A program made the position numbers and the translations under genes. The notes beneath the pieces were generated by a model. The model did not search any database. It was given only the letters and a program-made list of their open reading frames with translations, and had not been told where the DNA came from. 64,000 nucleotides of DNA from Octopus sinensis (Eukaryota), in the NCBI RefSeq assembly GCF_006345805.1, contig NC_043018.1, positions 26,660,001 through 26,724,000 on the forward strand, given 5' to 3'. Shown here one piece after another: positions 53,737 through 64,000 of this stretch (position 1 is the stretch's first letter; every line of letters begins with the position of its first letter).

Positions 53737-54096
53737 GTGCGTGTATGTATTTGTGTGTATGTTATATATATATATATATTTGCGTGCGTGTATGTGTTTG
53801 TGTGTGTATGTGTATATATATATATATATATTTGCGTGCGTGTATGTGTTTGTGTGTGTATGTGTATATATATATTTGTGAGCGTGTATGTATTTGTGTG
53901 TGTATATATATATATATGTGTGTATGTATGTGCATGTATGTATTTGTGTGTGTATATATATATATGTGTGTGTATGTATGTGCATGTATGTATTTGTGTG
54001 TGTGTATGTATTTATATATACATACTTTGATAGGTTTCGGCTATTATTGGCCCAGGCCATGTCTAACTTAATAGCATATATTTGTGTATGTATGTA

Positions 54097-54153
<57 letters not shown>

Positions 54154-54154
<1 letters not shown>

Positions 54155-54368
54155 GAGGGGTGCTGAAAAGTTCCTGGTTTTGGGTAAAGGAAAATACAGG
54201 AGAATCAGTTAATTATGGTTTTGTTCAACATGTTCCTCTCTCAGATTCATACACTTATTGCAGCGGCCCTTCACCTTTTCTAAGCCCTGTATAAGAACCT
54301 GGAATGTTGAGCCTCCAACCAAGCCTTTTGCAATACCCTTAAAGTCAGGAACTTTTCAGCACCCCTTC
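54154..54368. mobile_element. Mariner-derived MITE (~215 bp); related copies at 56942-57157 and partial at ~31699-31810
   Basis: Imperfect TIRs GGGGTGCTGAAAAGTTCCTG / CAGGAACTTTTCAGCACCCC and a shared interior between copies. Confidence 0.75.
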
Positions 54369-54727
54369 ATTTATATGTGTTTGTGTGTGTGTTTAGTTCA
54401 TTTTTTTAAAGGGGACGCACAGATTAAATATTCAGAATTTTTTTTTTCTTGTTTCAGCCCAGAAAGGGCTAGTTAAACACAATTTTCAGGGGCTTTTTTC
54501 TCTTGCCATTTCTTCATACATTTTTAAATATGACCAGTTTGGTGCCGTTAAAAATTCTTCCCACTCACTGTTTTTTTTGGTTTTTTTTTTCGAAAATAAA
54601 AAAAAAGAAGAAAAATGCAAAGAACTTCCTTAATGAAATCCATTTTGAAATAAAAGAATGTCTAAAAAAAATAGCTAAATGGGTGACGTATTGAACAATT
54701 GATTAACTCACTAACGAGTCAAACTGG

Positions 54728-55330
54728 GGAGCCTCTACATGGTTGCTCAACCTGCTAGAAATAGCAGCCAATGCTGGAGTCAATGTGTGGGTTTGAATGT
54801 AGCTGATTGATCTGGTAGAAATAACAGCTAAATCTCAACCCAATATGGGACCTCCTACATGTTTAATTAGGCAGGTAGAAATAGCAGGTAAATATTGTGC
54901 TATATGATCTTAAGGCAGTGAGAGAGAGTGCCTGTGTGATCGGTTAACTTGCTAGAAATAGCAGCAGCAGTGTCTCAAGGTAACAGGGGGGGAGCTTCTA
55001 CATGATTAATTGACCTGGTAGAAATAGCAGCCAAATTTTGTGCTGATCGATCCTTTCTATGCTTGATCAGCATAATAAAAAGGGCAGCCGTATTTCGAGG
55101 CAATGAGGGAGTTTTTACATGGTTGATTGACCTGCTAGAAATAATAACCAAATATTGTATTGAAGGAGGCTCTACATTATTGCTCAATCTAATAGAAATA
55201 GCAGCCAAATGTTGATGCAATGCAGGAGCCTCTACATGGTGTATTGATCTGTTAGCAATATCAGCCAAATCTTTAGACAACGAGGCAACCTCTATGGGGC
55301 TGATTGATGTCCTAAAAATAGCAGCTAAAA
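54728..55330 (+). repeat. Degenerate ~60-bp tandem array, about 10 units
   Basis: Recurring GGAGCCTCTACATGGTTGxTxGACCTGCTAGAAATAGCAGCCAAAT followed by ~15 variable nt. Confidence 0.8.
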
Positions 55331-56032
55331 CTCAAAATAACTAAGGAATCTTTCATCTTTTGTAGATCTAGTACTACATTATCCAGTGTTTATATTTTAC
55401 AGACAACAAATGATATGATCGTTTATTTTTAGAATGACATTGTACGGTAGGTGTGATAGGTCAGATCTAGCTGTTTTGAACATAAGACTGGTAGAATATT
55501 TAGGCCGAATATGGCCGGTTTAAATGCTATAGCGTTAAAATAGAAATAAAGTTTTAAAATTTTTTTCTTTCTGTGTGGCCCAGTACCAAAATGATCCACA
55601 GCTTAGTACTGGTTTATGGCCTGATGGTTGGGGATATTTGCCCTAGGGTGTCACTTTGGAGACCATTGGAGGGGTTGTCTTTATATTCCAGTCCTAGACA
55701 TTCCAGCCCCACCCTAAATATTTAAGGACCTAGTCTACTCTTTATCCTACATTCACCTGCTAATTCACATCATATGAAAGCGAGCCATGTGTAGTCATTT
55801 AACCTGCTAGAAATAGCTGCCAAATCTACCTCAGATCATAACACACCATTTTGAAAAACATTGTGGCTGTGTGGTAAGAAGCCTGCTGCTCAACCACATG
55901 ACCCTGGGTTCAGTCCCACTGTGTGGCTCCTTGGGCAAGTGTCTTCTACTATAGTCTTGGATCAACCAAAGTCTTGTGAATGGATTTAGTAGATGGAAAC
56001 TGAAAGAAGCCCATTGTGTGTGTGTGTGTATG

Positions 56033-56080
<48 letters not shown>

Positions 56081-57339
56081 CCCACCCACCCCAATATTAA
56101 AATTTTTTAAAGCCTGATACTTATTCTATTGGGCTCTTTAGCTGAACTGCTAAGTTATGGGGACATAAACACACCAACACCAGTTGTCAAGTGGTGTTTG
56201 GGAACACACACACACACACACACATATATGCACATATTTATACGAGAAGCTTCTTTCAGTTTCCGCCTACCAGATCCACTCAAGGCTTTGGTCGGCCCGA
56301 GGCTATAGTAGAAAACACTTGGCCAAGGTGCCACACAGTGGGACTTGAACCCGGAACCATGTGGTTGGTTGGGAAGCAAGCTTCTTACCTCACAGCCACA
56401 CACACACACACACACATCTCAACCCAATTGAGCATGAGAAAATGGATGTTAAATAAGGGAAGGCATATAAAATTGGCAATACATTAATGGTTAAATTCAA
56501 CCTAAACAGACCCCACACACCAGGCAAAGTACCTTGTTTATATTCTTGCCCTGTTCCCACCATCTCTCTTCCCCACCGCCTTCATTTCCTTCATGTCATC
56601 ATTTTTCGCCTCTTTTGCTGACATTTGCTATTTATTTATTGTCATTCCATTTCTCTGTTTGCATTTCATAATTCCTGTAACATTCTAAGTTCAAATACTG
56701 CCAAGGTGGACTTTACGTTTCATCCTTTTGGAATTGATAAAATTAAGCGCCGGTCAAGTACTAAGATGGTTATAACCTTTTGTTCTCTTTTCTACAAACT
56801 TCTAGTCTTGTGCCTATATTAGCAACATTCCTTATTATTTAGGGTGGTGGTGGTGGATTCACAGAATTCTGAGAACATTGGACAAATTTGCCTTTTAGTA
56901 CTTGTTACGGTTTTTGATGTCGTGTGTTCAAATCCTATGTACGAGGGTGTGTCTGAAAAGTTCTTGGCTTTGGGTAAAAGAAAATATGGACAGATCGGGT
57001 AATTATGATTTTATGCAACATATTCCCCTCTCAGGTTCACACCTTTATTACAGCGGCCCTTCAGCTTTTCTAAGTCCTGTAAAAGAACTCGGAAGGTCGG
57101 GCCTCCAACCAGGCCTTTTGCGATACTATTGAAGATAGGAACTTGCCAGCACCCCGTCACAGATCCACTTCGCCTTTCATCCTCTTAAGGTTGACAACAT
57201 AAAGAACCAATTAAACAGATTCGTTAGCATGAGGCATTTTGTGTGATTTTGTTCTGCATTCAAATTCTGCTGAAATCAACCTTGCTTTTCATTCCCTCGG
57301 GGTTGATGAAATAAGTACCAGTGATACACTGGGATTATA

Positions 57340-57573
57340 CAGGGCTGACCAAAAGTCATCCGACAGTAAATCAAATTTCAATAAATACTTAATATTCAAT
57401 TTTATTTATTCATTCCAATTCTGAATGTTTAATAATTGAATGCTGTGAGTTAAAATCACCACTTTTTTTTTTTTTTTTCAACATTTGTCTATTTATTAGC
57501 GAAGTCTTATATAAAATAAATTTTTGTTTTAAATGGTTTCGATTTGCTGTCAGTTGATCTTTGGCCACCCCTG
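57340..57573. mobile_element. Tc1/mariner-type MITE
   Basis: TA-CAGGGCTGACCAAAAGTCATCCGACAG ... CTGTCAGTTGATCTTTGGCCACCCCTG-TA: imperfect TIRs with TA TSD. Confidence 0.7.
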
Positions 57574-58295
57574 TATAATTGGCAAGCCTCCCCATCTAAA
57601 ATTTCAGGCCTTGTCCTTATAGCAGAAAAGATTAATACTATTATTATTTTAATTACTGTTATTAACCCTTTAGTGTTCGCATTATTCTACCAAAATTAAT
57701 GCTTTTTCATCCAAATTGTTTTGAACTAATCGTGCATTATCTTGTACCTATGAGATTTTGATGAGGTAGCTGTTGATTTTTAAAACGATATTGTGGGGCT
57801 GGTGTGAGAGACCAGATCTGGCCAGTTTGAACATAAAACAGGTAGAATACTTTTGGTCAGATATGGCCGGTTTAAATGCTAAAGGGTTAAGGTGGTGAGC
57901 TGGCAGAATCATTAGTGTGCTGGGCGAAATGGTTAGTGACATTTTGCTTGTCACTACATTCTGAGTTCAAATTCCACTGAGGTCGACTTTGCCTTTTATC
58001 TTTTGATAAATTAAGTTCCAGTGAAACACTGGGGTCGATGTAAAAAAGATTATTATTATTATTATAATTACTATTATTATCAAGGCGGTGAGCTGACAGA
58101 ATGGTTAGCATGCCAGGTGAAATCCTTAATGGAATTTCGTCTGTCCTCATGTTTGAGTTCAAATTCCACCTGGGTCCACTTTGCCTTTCATCCTTTAAGG
58201 GTTGATAAAATAAGTGCCAGCTATGCACTGGGTTGATGTAATTAACTCGCTCCTTCCCCACAAAATTTTGGGCATTTGTGCCTATAGTAGAAAGG

Positions 58296-58344
<49 letters not shown>

Positions 58345-59019
58345 GAGCAGTGGATTGGTGGACAATATGCCTTGCAGTGTTTAGTTATACTTCTTTACAT
58401 TCTGAGTTCAAATCCTTGTGGGGTTCAATTTCTGCCTTTCATCTTTCTGGGTCCAATAAAATGGGTACCTGTGTACAAATACTGATGTTGGGGCAAGTGT
58501 GTTGGGTAGGCAGGGGTTTAATCTGACCGATTGTCCCTTTTCCATAAAAAACAAACTTTGTGGCTTTGTGCCCATGTTAGAGAGACCATTTTAATAATTT
58601 TTTTTTTATTTAAAACATTTTGAAAATTAAAAAAAAATTTATTTAAAAATATTTTTTATTTAAAAAAAAACATTTGTAATGAAAAATTGAAAAAATTGAA
58701 AAAAAATTAATTAATTAAAAAAGCACAGGAAATACCACTAGAACTTGTTACTGATTCTTTTGTAATAAAAAACTTTTTGGGAAAGAATAAAATAAAAAAA
58801 TGAAAGTAAAAAGTCTCATGTTTTTATTAATCCAGTGTGTTGTGCTGAGTCAAAAGTTTTTTTTTTTATTTAAAAAATTTTGAAAATTTAAAAAAAAATT
58901 ATTTAAAAATATTTCTTATTTAAAAAAAAATCCATTTGTAATGAAAAAAAAAAAAATTAATTCAAAAATTTTTGTTTTTTGGTGGCTTATTTGCTTCATT
59001 CATCAAAAAGCAAAAGCAG

Positions 59020-59165
59020 CCTAGCACTCGAAGTAGGGGGTCATTGTGTTGCACCATTTGAAGCCACCTTTTTTGTCAGTTCTTTGATACCAGTTCTTGT
59101 TCTTTGAGGCAAAGAACTCCTTCACTGAAGCTTCCACCTCCTCTTGGTTGATGAAATGGTAAAAT
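59020..59165 (-). mobile_element. Mariner transposase C-terminal remnant
   Basis: Minus strand FINQEEVEASVKEFFASKNKNWYQR...RWLQMVQHND.YFE resembles the mariner C-terminus. Confidence 0.65.
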
Positions 59166-60410
59166 AGGGGAAAAATGAGTAACTTTTGATTTCGTGTTAG
59201 TTTCTTGCTGTCTGTTTGAAACTATTATATTTTGCAAGCATTGCACCACCATTTTGTACTGTTGCGTCGTCTTCAGGAGTGAGAATCGGTCAGCATAATT
59301 ATCGGTGAAGTTGAGAGTTTGGAACATAGTCAGGTGACAGGTAACCTACCCTTTTTTTTTTTTTTCTCCAAGAAAATTTTCCTCAAATTTGACCCAATTG
59401 TAATTGAAGGTGTTACTAAAAATATTTGGATAATTTTTAGTGTGTAATAATCAAATCATATCGACCCCAGTGCTCAACTGGTACTTATTTAATCGAACCC
59501 GAAAGGATTTGAACTTAGGACATAAAGGTGAAAAGAAACATCACTAAGCATTTTGTCTGGCATGGTAACGGTTGGGCCGAGCCAGCTCGCCACCTTTCGA
59601 TGACGATGATGAAGCAGACGACAACAAAGACAGCGGCGACGGCGTCGTGTTTAGCAATATGCTCAAGGAAGCCAGCAGTTGGTAAAGGAAAGAACGAAGG
59701 CCAATGTTCTGATCATCGTCTGCTCGAACAGGTCTTACAGAATGCTGAAAAACACCCATGTATCTATGATTAATTTCCTGTAGGACATTCTCTTCGTTAA
59801 CTTTGATAAGGGGTCCCAAAGATTTTGGAACTTTCCGATATTATCGCTCCTTCCAGAAGATATTCCCTGACCAACATTGATATCATTAAGGAATGTCTGA
59901 ATTCTTTTAACTCATACAGTCGCACATCTTCTTCCCGATCGTCAACATTCTATATTTTTTTAATGTAAATTCTGTTGTGTCTGGGGAGAGTCGTTTTCTT
60001 TTTGTGCCTTACAATGTAACACACACACCGGTAAAATTTCCACTCTTTTCATATTTTTATTCTCCTAAAATCATAAATTATTTCCCTTATAAAACGAATG
60101 ACAACAAGGGAAATAACTATTGATGTTCCTTAGCAGCTAAGGGAGACAATTATTAAATTACAACTAAATCACAGCTTCGTTAATAGAATTAATCCAATGT
60201 TACTTAATGTTATAAAATTGAAATAGCCGCAGATGTGGTTGTGTGGTTAGAAGTTTGCTTCTCAACCAAATCGTTCTGGGTTCAATCCCATTGAATGTTA
60301 CCGTGTGCAAGTTATTTTTATTGTAGTTTCGGGCCGACTAAAACCTTGTAAGTGGATTTGATAGGTGGAAACAAAGAAGCCGGTCGTATGTATGTATGTA
60401 TGTAAATATA

Positions 60411-60922
60411 CTAGCAGTATCGCCCGGCGTTGCTCGGTTTTGTAAGGGAAATAACTATATAAGCATTTTTAGAGAGTTACTTCCCTTAGATGCCAATTCG
60501 GGCTTTCTTAGCCATTTCTGTTTTGGTGTCTTCAAGCCATGAAGTCGTTGTTCTAAAAGAACGCTGGTCTCCTTGACAACGCTTTACACGTTGATTTCCT
60601 TCATCCCTTCCCCACAGCTTCACGAGGGAGGAAAAGGGGGGAGAAGCAAACAGGTGCAGGTGTGTGGACCATGGACGCCAACTCCGCCGCCATCGACATA
60701 CGATGCATTTTATGCATTAAAATGGAATAAAAAATGATGTTAAATTATTTTTTAAATCGTAGACTCATCGTAGACGCGCGCTAATAGCCAGACTGGCTCG
60801 ATATGAATCACGACTATAAGATACCCGAATTTGGTTAAACTGCACCGCAAAATGTGGGAGGAGTTAGGAATCTAAATCGAAGGGGACAGACGCTCACACA
60901 ACTACAGTTTTATATATATAGA
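60411..60922 (-). mobile_element. Non-autonomous Helitron copy 1 (~512 bp)
   Basis: On the element strand: 5' TC(TATATATA), subterminal GC hairpin CCGAGCAACGCCGGG and 3' CTAG. Inserted at A|T with no TSD. Confidence 0.8.
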
Positions 60923-60931
60923 TATATATAA

Positions 60932-61443
60932 CTAGCAGTATCGCCCGGCGTTGCTCGGTTTTGTAAGGGAAATAACTATATAAGCATTTTTAGAGAGTTA
61001 CTTCCCTTATAGATGCCAATTCGGGCTTTCTTAGCCATTTTTGTTTTGGTGTCTTCAAGCCATGAAGTCGTTGTTCTAAAAGAACGCTGGTCTCCTTCAC
61101 AACGCATTACGACGTTGATTTCTTTACACTCCCTTCCCCACAGCTTCACGACGGAGGGAAGGGGGAGAAGCAAACAGGTGCAGCTGTGAGCGTGGACGCC
61201 AACTCCGCCGCCATCGACACACGATGCATTTTATGCATTAAAATGGAATAAAATATGATGTTAAATTATTTTTTAAATCGTAGACTCATCGTAGACGCGC
61301 GCTAATAGCCAGACGGGCTCGATATGAATCACGACTATAAGATACCCGAATTTGGTTAAACTGCACCGCAAAATGTGGGAGGAGTTAGGAATCTAAATCG
61401 AAGGGGACAGACACTCACACAACTAGAGTTTTATATATATAGA
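60932..61443 (-). mobile_element. Non-autonomous Helitron copy 2
   Basis: Near-identical to copy 1, head-to-tail, with a 9-nt TA spacer. Confidence 0.8.
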
Positions 61444-61747
61444 TGTAGAGGCACACGGTCTAGTGGTTAGAGTAGTGGTCGAGGGATCGTGGGTTCGAAT
61501 CTCAGACCGGGCGATGTGTGTGTTTATGAGCGAAACACCTTAGCTCAACGCGGCTCCGGCAGAAGGTAATGGCGAACTTCTGCCGACTCTTTCGCCACAA
61601 CTTTCTCTCACTCTTTCCTCTTGCAGCTCACCTGCGACAGACCGACGTCCCGTCCAGGTGAGGAACCTATACGCCAAGGAAACCAGGAAACTGGCCCTTA
61701 TGAGCTAGGTGTGGCTCGAGAAGAAACAAACAACAACAACAACATTA

Positions 61748-62261
61748 TCTATATATATAAAACTGTAGTTGTGTGAGTGTCTGTCCCCTTCGATTGAGAT
61801 TCCTAACTACTCCCACATTTTGCGGTGCAGTTTAACCAGTTCGGGTATCTTATAGTCGTGATTAATATCAAGCCCGTCTGGCTATTAGCGCGCGTCTACG
61901 ATGAGTCTACGATTTTAAAAATAATTTAACATCATTTTTTATTCCATTTTAATGCATATTTTTCGTGTGTCGATGGCGGCGGAGTTGGCGTCCACGCTCA
62001 ACACCTGCACCTGTTTTTTGCTTCTCCCCCTTCTTCCCTCCCTCGTGAAGCTGTGGGGAAGGGAGTGAAGGAAATCAACGTCGTAATGCGTTGTCAAGGA
62101 GACCAGCGTTCTTTTAGAACAACGACTTCATGGCTTGAAGACACCAAAACAGAAATGGCTAAGAAAGCCCGAATTGGCATCTATAAGGGAAGTAACTCTC
62201 TAAAAATGCTTATATAGTTATTTCCCTTACAAAACCGAGCAACGCCGGGCGATACTGCTAG
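61748..62261 (+). mobile_element. Non-autonomous Helitron copy 3
   Basis: a|TCTATATATATAAAA ... CCGAGCAACGCCGGGCGATACTGCTAG|t. Confidence 0.8.
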
Positions 62262-62272
62262 TTATATATATA

Positions 62273-62785
62273 TCTATATATATAAAACTGTAGTTGTGTG
62301 AGCGTCTGTCCCCTTCGATTTAGATTCCTAACTCCTCCCACATTTTGCGGTGCAGTTTAACCAAATTCGGGTATCTTATAGTCGTGATTCATATCGAGCC
62401 CGTCTGGCTATTAGCGCGCGTCTACGATGAGTCTACGATTTAAAAAATAATTTAACATCATTTTTTATTCCATTTTAATGCATAAAATGCATCGTATGTC
62501 GATGGCGGCGGAGTTGGCGTCCATGGTCACACCTGCACCTGTTTGCTTCTCCCCCCTTTTCCCTCCCTCGTGAAGCTGTGGGGAAGGGAGTGAAGGAAAT
62601 CAACGTCGTAAAGCGTTGTCAAGGAGACCAGCGTTCTTTTAGAACAACGACTTCATGGCTTGAAGACACCAAAACAGAAATGGCTAAGAAAGCCCGAATT
62701 GGCATCTATAAGGGAAGTAACTCTCTAAAAATGCTTATATAGTTATTTCCCTTACAAAACCGAGCAACGCCGGGCGATACTGCTA

Positions 62786-62786
<1 letters not shown>
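62273..62786 (+). mobile_element. Non-autonomous Helitron copy 4
   Basis: Same termini, head-to-tail with copy 3. Confidence 0.8.
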
Positions 62787-62837
<51 letters not shown>

Positions 62838-62841
<4 letters not shown>

Positions 62842-63179
62842 ATTTAATAAATAAAATATATGCATACATACATATATGTACGTACCTACATCTACATGTA
62901 TATATACATGCATATATATATATATGAATACAGGACACCACAAATAAACGTAGAACACAACGAGAAACGAAAGCATAAAAACAACTAGGAAACGGACTTT
63001 TTTCGTTGTTAAAAAAAGTCCGTTTCCTAGTTGTTTTTATGCTTTCGTTTCTCGTTGTGTTCTACGTTTATTTGTGGTGTCCTGTATTCATATATATATA
63101 TATATGCATGTATATATACATGTAGATGTAGGTACGTACATATATGTATGTATGCATATATTTTATTTATTAAATTATT
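62838..63179. repeat. Near-perfect palindrome, ~166-bp arms with an ~8-nt loop
   Basis: ...AACAACTAGGAAACGGACTTTTTT cgttgtta AAAAAAGTCCGTTTCCTAGTTGTT... Arms match out to AATAATTTAATAAAT / ATTTATTAAATTATT. Confidence 0.92.
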
Positions 63180-63225
63180 GTATGACTGAGCGCCATCGCG
63201 TCGTTTCGTTTCTATTCTCCAAGTA

Positions 63226-63256
<31 letters not shown>

Positions 63257-63335
63257 GCGATGGGTTTCAAACCAACACACCTGCTTGTTCCTTACCTGCC
63301 TTTATCTTTTGACTTCTGTACATTTGAACCATACA

Positions 63336-64000
63336 TTGGGTCATCCCATAAATAATGCGTTTTTTTCAATTGCATGAACTAAGAGTCGGAGTGGAACGGG
63401 ATAAGCTACTTGCATCAACTTGCTATAAAAGCAGGTAGTAATTTTACCTTGTCCTTATTCTTAGTGCAAGTTTTGAAGAGTGCAGTTCGATTTTAACAGT
63501 TTTTTTTTCAAAGCTGTGCCAAAGGAGCATATTCGGCATATTTTGCTTTATGAGTTCAACAAAGGCAATTACACGCAAAGGAAAGTGCGAGTTATATTAA
63601 TGCAGTATATGGGGCTCGGGCAATGAACGTAAGACAGTATAAATGGTGGTCCTAGAAATTCCGAGCCGGAAACTATAGCCTAGAAGACGATCCTCGTCCT
63701 GGAAGATGTGTAGAGCTCGACGAGGACGTCCAGAAAACTCTGGGGGAAAATATTCCATCGTAACTGTTGAGGAACTAGCAGAGAATCTTCGATTTGGTAA
63801 TTCAACCATTCACCGACATCTGTGTTTCATCAGAAAAGTCAGCAAATTGGGTCAATGGGTTCCTCACAAACTTTCCCCGTCTAATCGCGCGCAGAGAGTG
63901 AATGTGTGCTCTCCTTTGCTGTCACATCTCACCAATGAACCTTTTTTGGACCGAATAGTGACTGGTGACGAGAAACAGGTTCTCTATTAAAATGTCTAGC
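63336..64000 (+). mobile_element. Mariner element 5' part (pseudogenised), runs off the window
   Basis: EHIRHILLYEFNKG...SLEDDPRPGR...KLGQWVPHKL...FLDRIVTGDEK (WVPHEL and TGDEK motifs) with stops and frameshifts. TIR-like start TTGGGTCATCCCATAAATAATGC. Confidence 0.9.

Noticed and set aside
54728-55330. Repeat-spacer pattern suggestive of CRISPR, and the 101-aa repetitive ORF at 54975-55280
   Set aside because: Repeats are highly degenerate, linkers are short and partly related, and the motif is a dispersed genomic repeat. The ORF only mirrors the repeat.
58590-58970. ~110-bp AT-rich direct duplication
   Set aside because: Low-complexity poly-A/T sequence with no interpretable structure.
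59528-59945. Possible coding sequence (ORFs 59528-59773 and 59544-59819)
   Set aside because: No recognisable domain or consistent splice sites. It may be a decayed retroelement, but I cannot support a call.
61447-61520. tRNA gene candidates at SINE heads (also 21075-21151, 24984-25060)
   Set aside because: A and B boxes are present, but there is no complete cloverleaf and they continue into SINE bodies.

Overview
AT-rich, microsatellite- and transposon-dense eukaryotic DNA; the repeat families suggest a coleoid cephalopod, probably Octopus (inference). Two spliced protein-coding genes can be rebuilt on the + strand from GT-AG sites with compatible phases. (1) An intact 8-exon deoxyribonuclease II (DNase II/plancitoxin-like; 9483-33426, 363 aa, both HxK motifs present). 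(2) A 3-exon gene (40873-53508, 317 aa) in which a pogo/Tigger/CENP-B-type transposase helix-turn-helix domain appears spliced in frame to the ARL14EP cysteine-rich domain, a candidate host-transposase fusion. The rest is SINEs, RTE and CR1-like LINE 3' ends, Tc1/mariner/DD37D relics, MITEs and non-autonomous Helitrons, four of which form a 2.4-kb mirror structure. There is also a set of type I hammerhead ribozymes, several apparently intact, inside greater-than-unit-length Penelope/retrozyme-like inserts. Almost all ORFs in the supplied track are microsatellite or repeat artefacts. All calls were made by eye with no database searches, and repeat boundaries are approximate.
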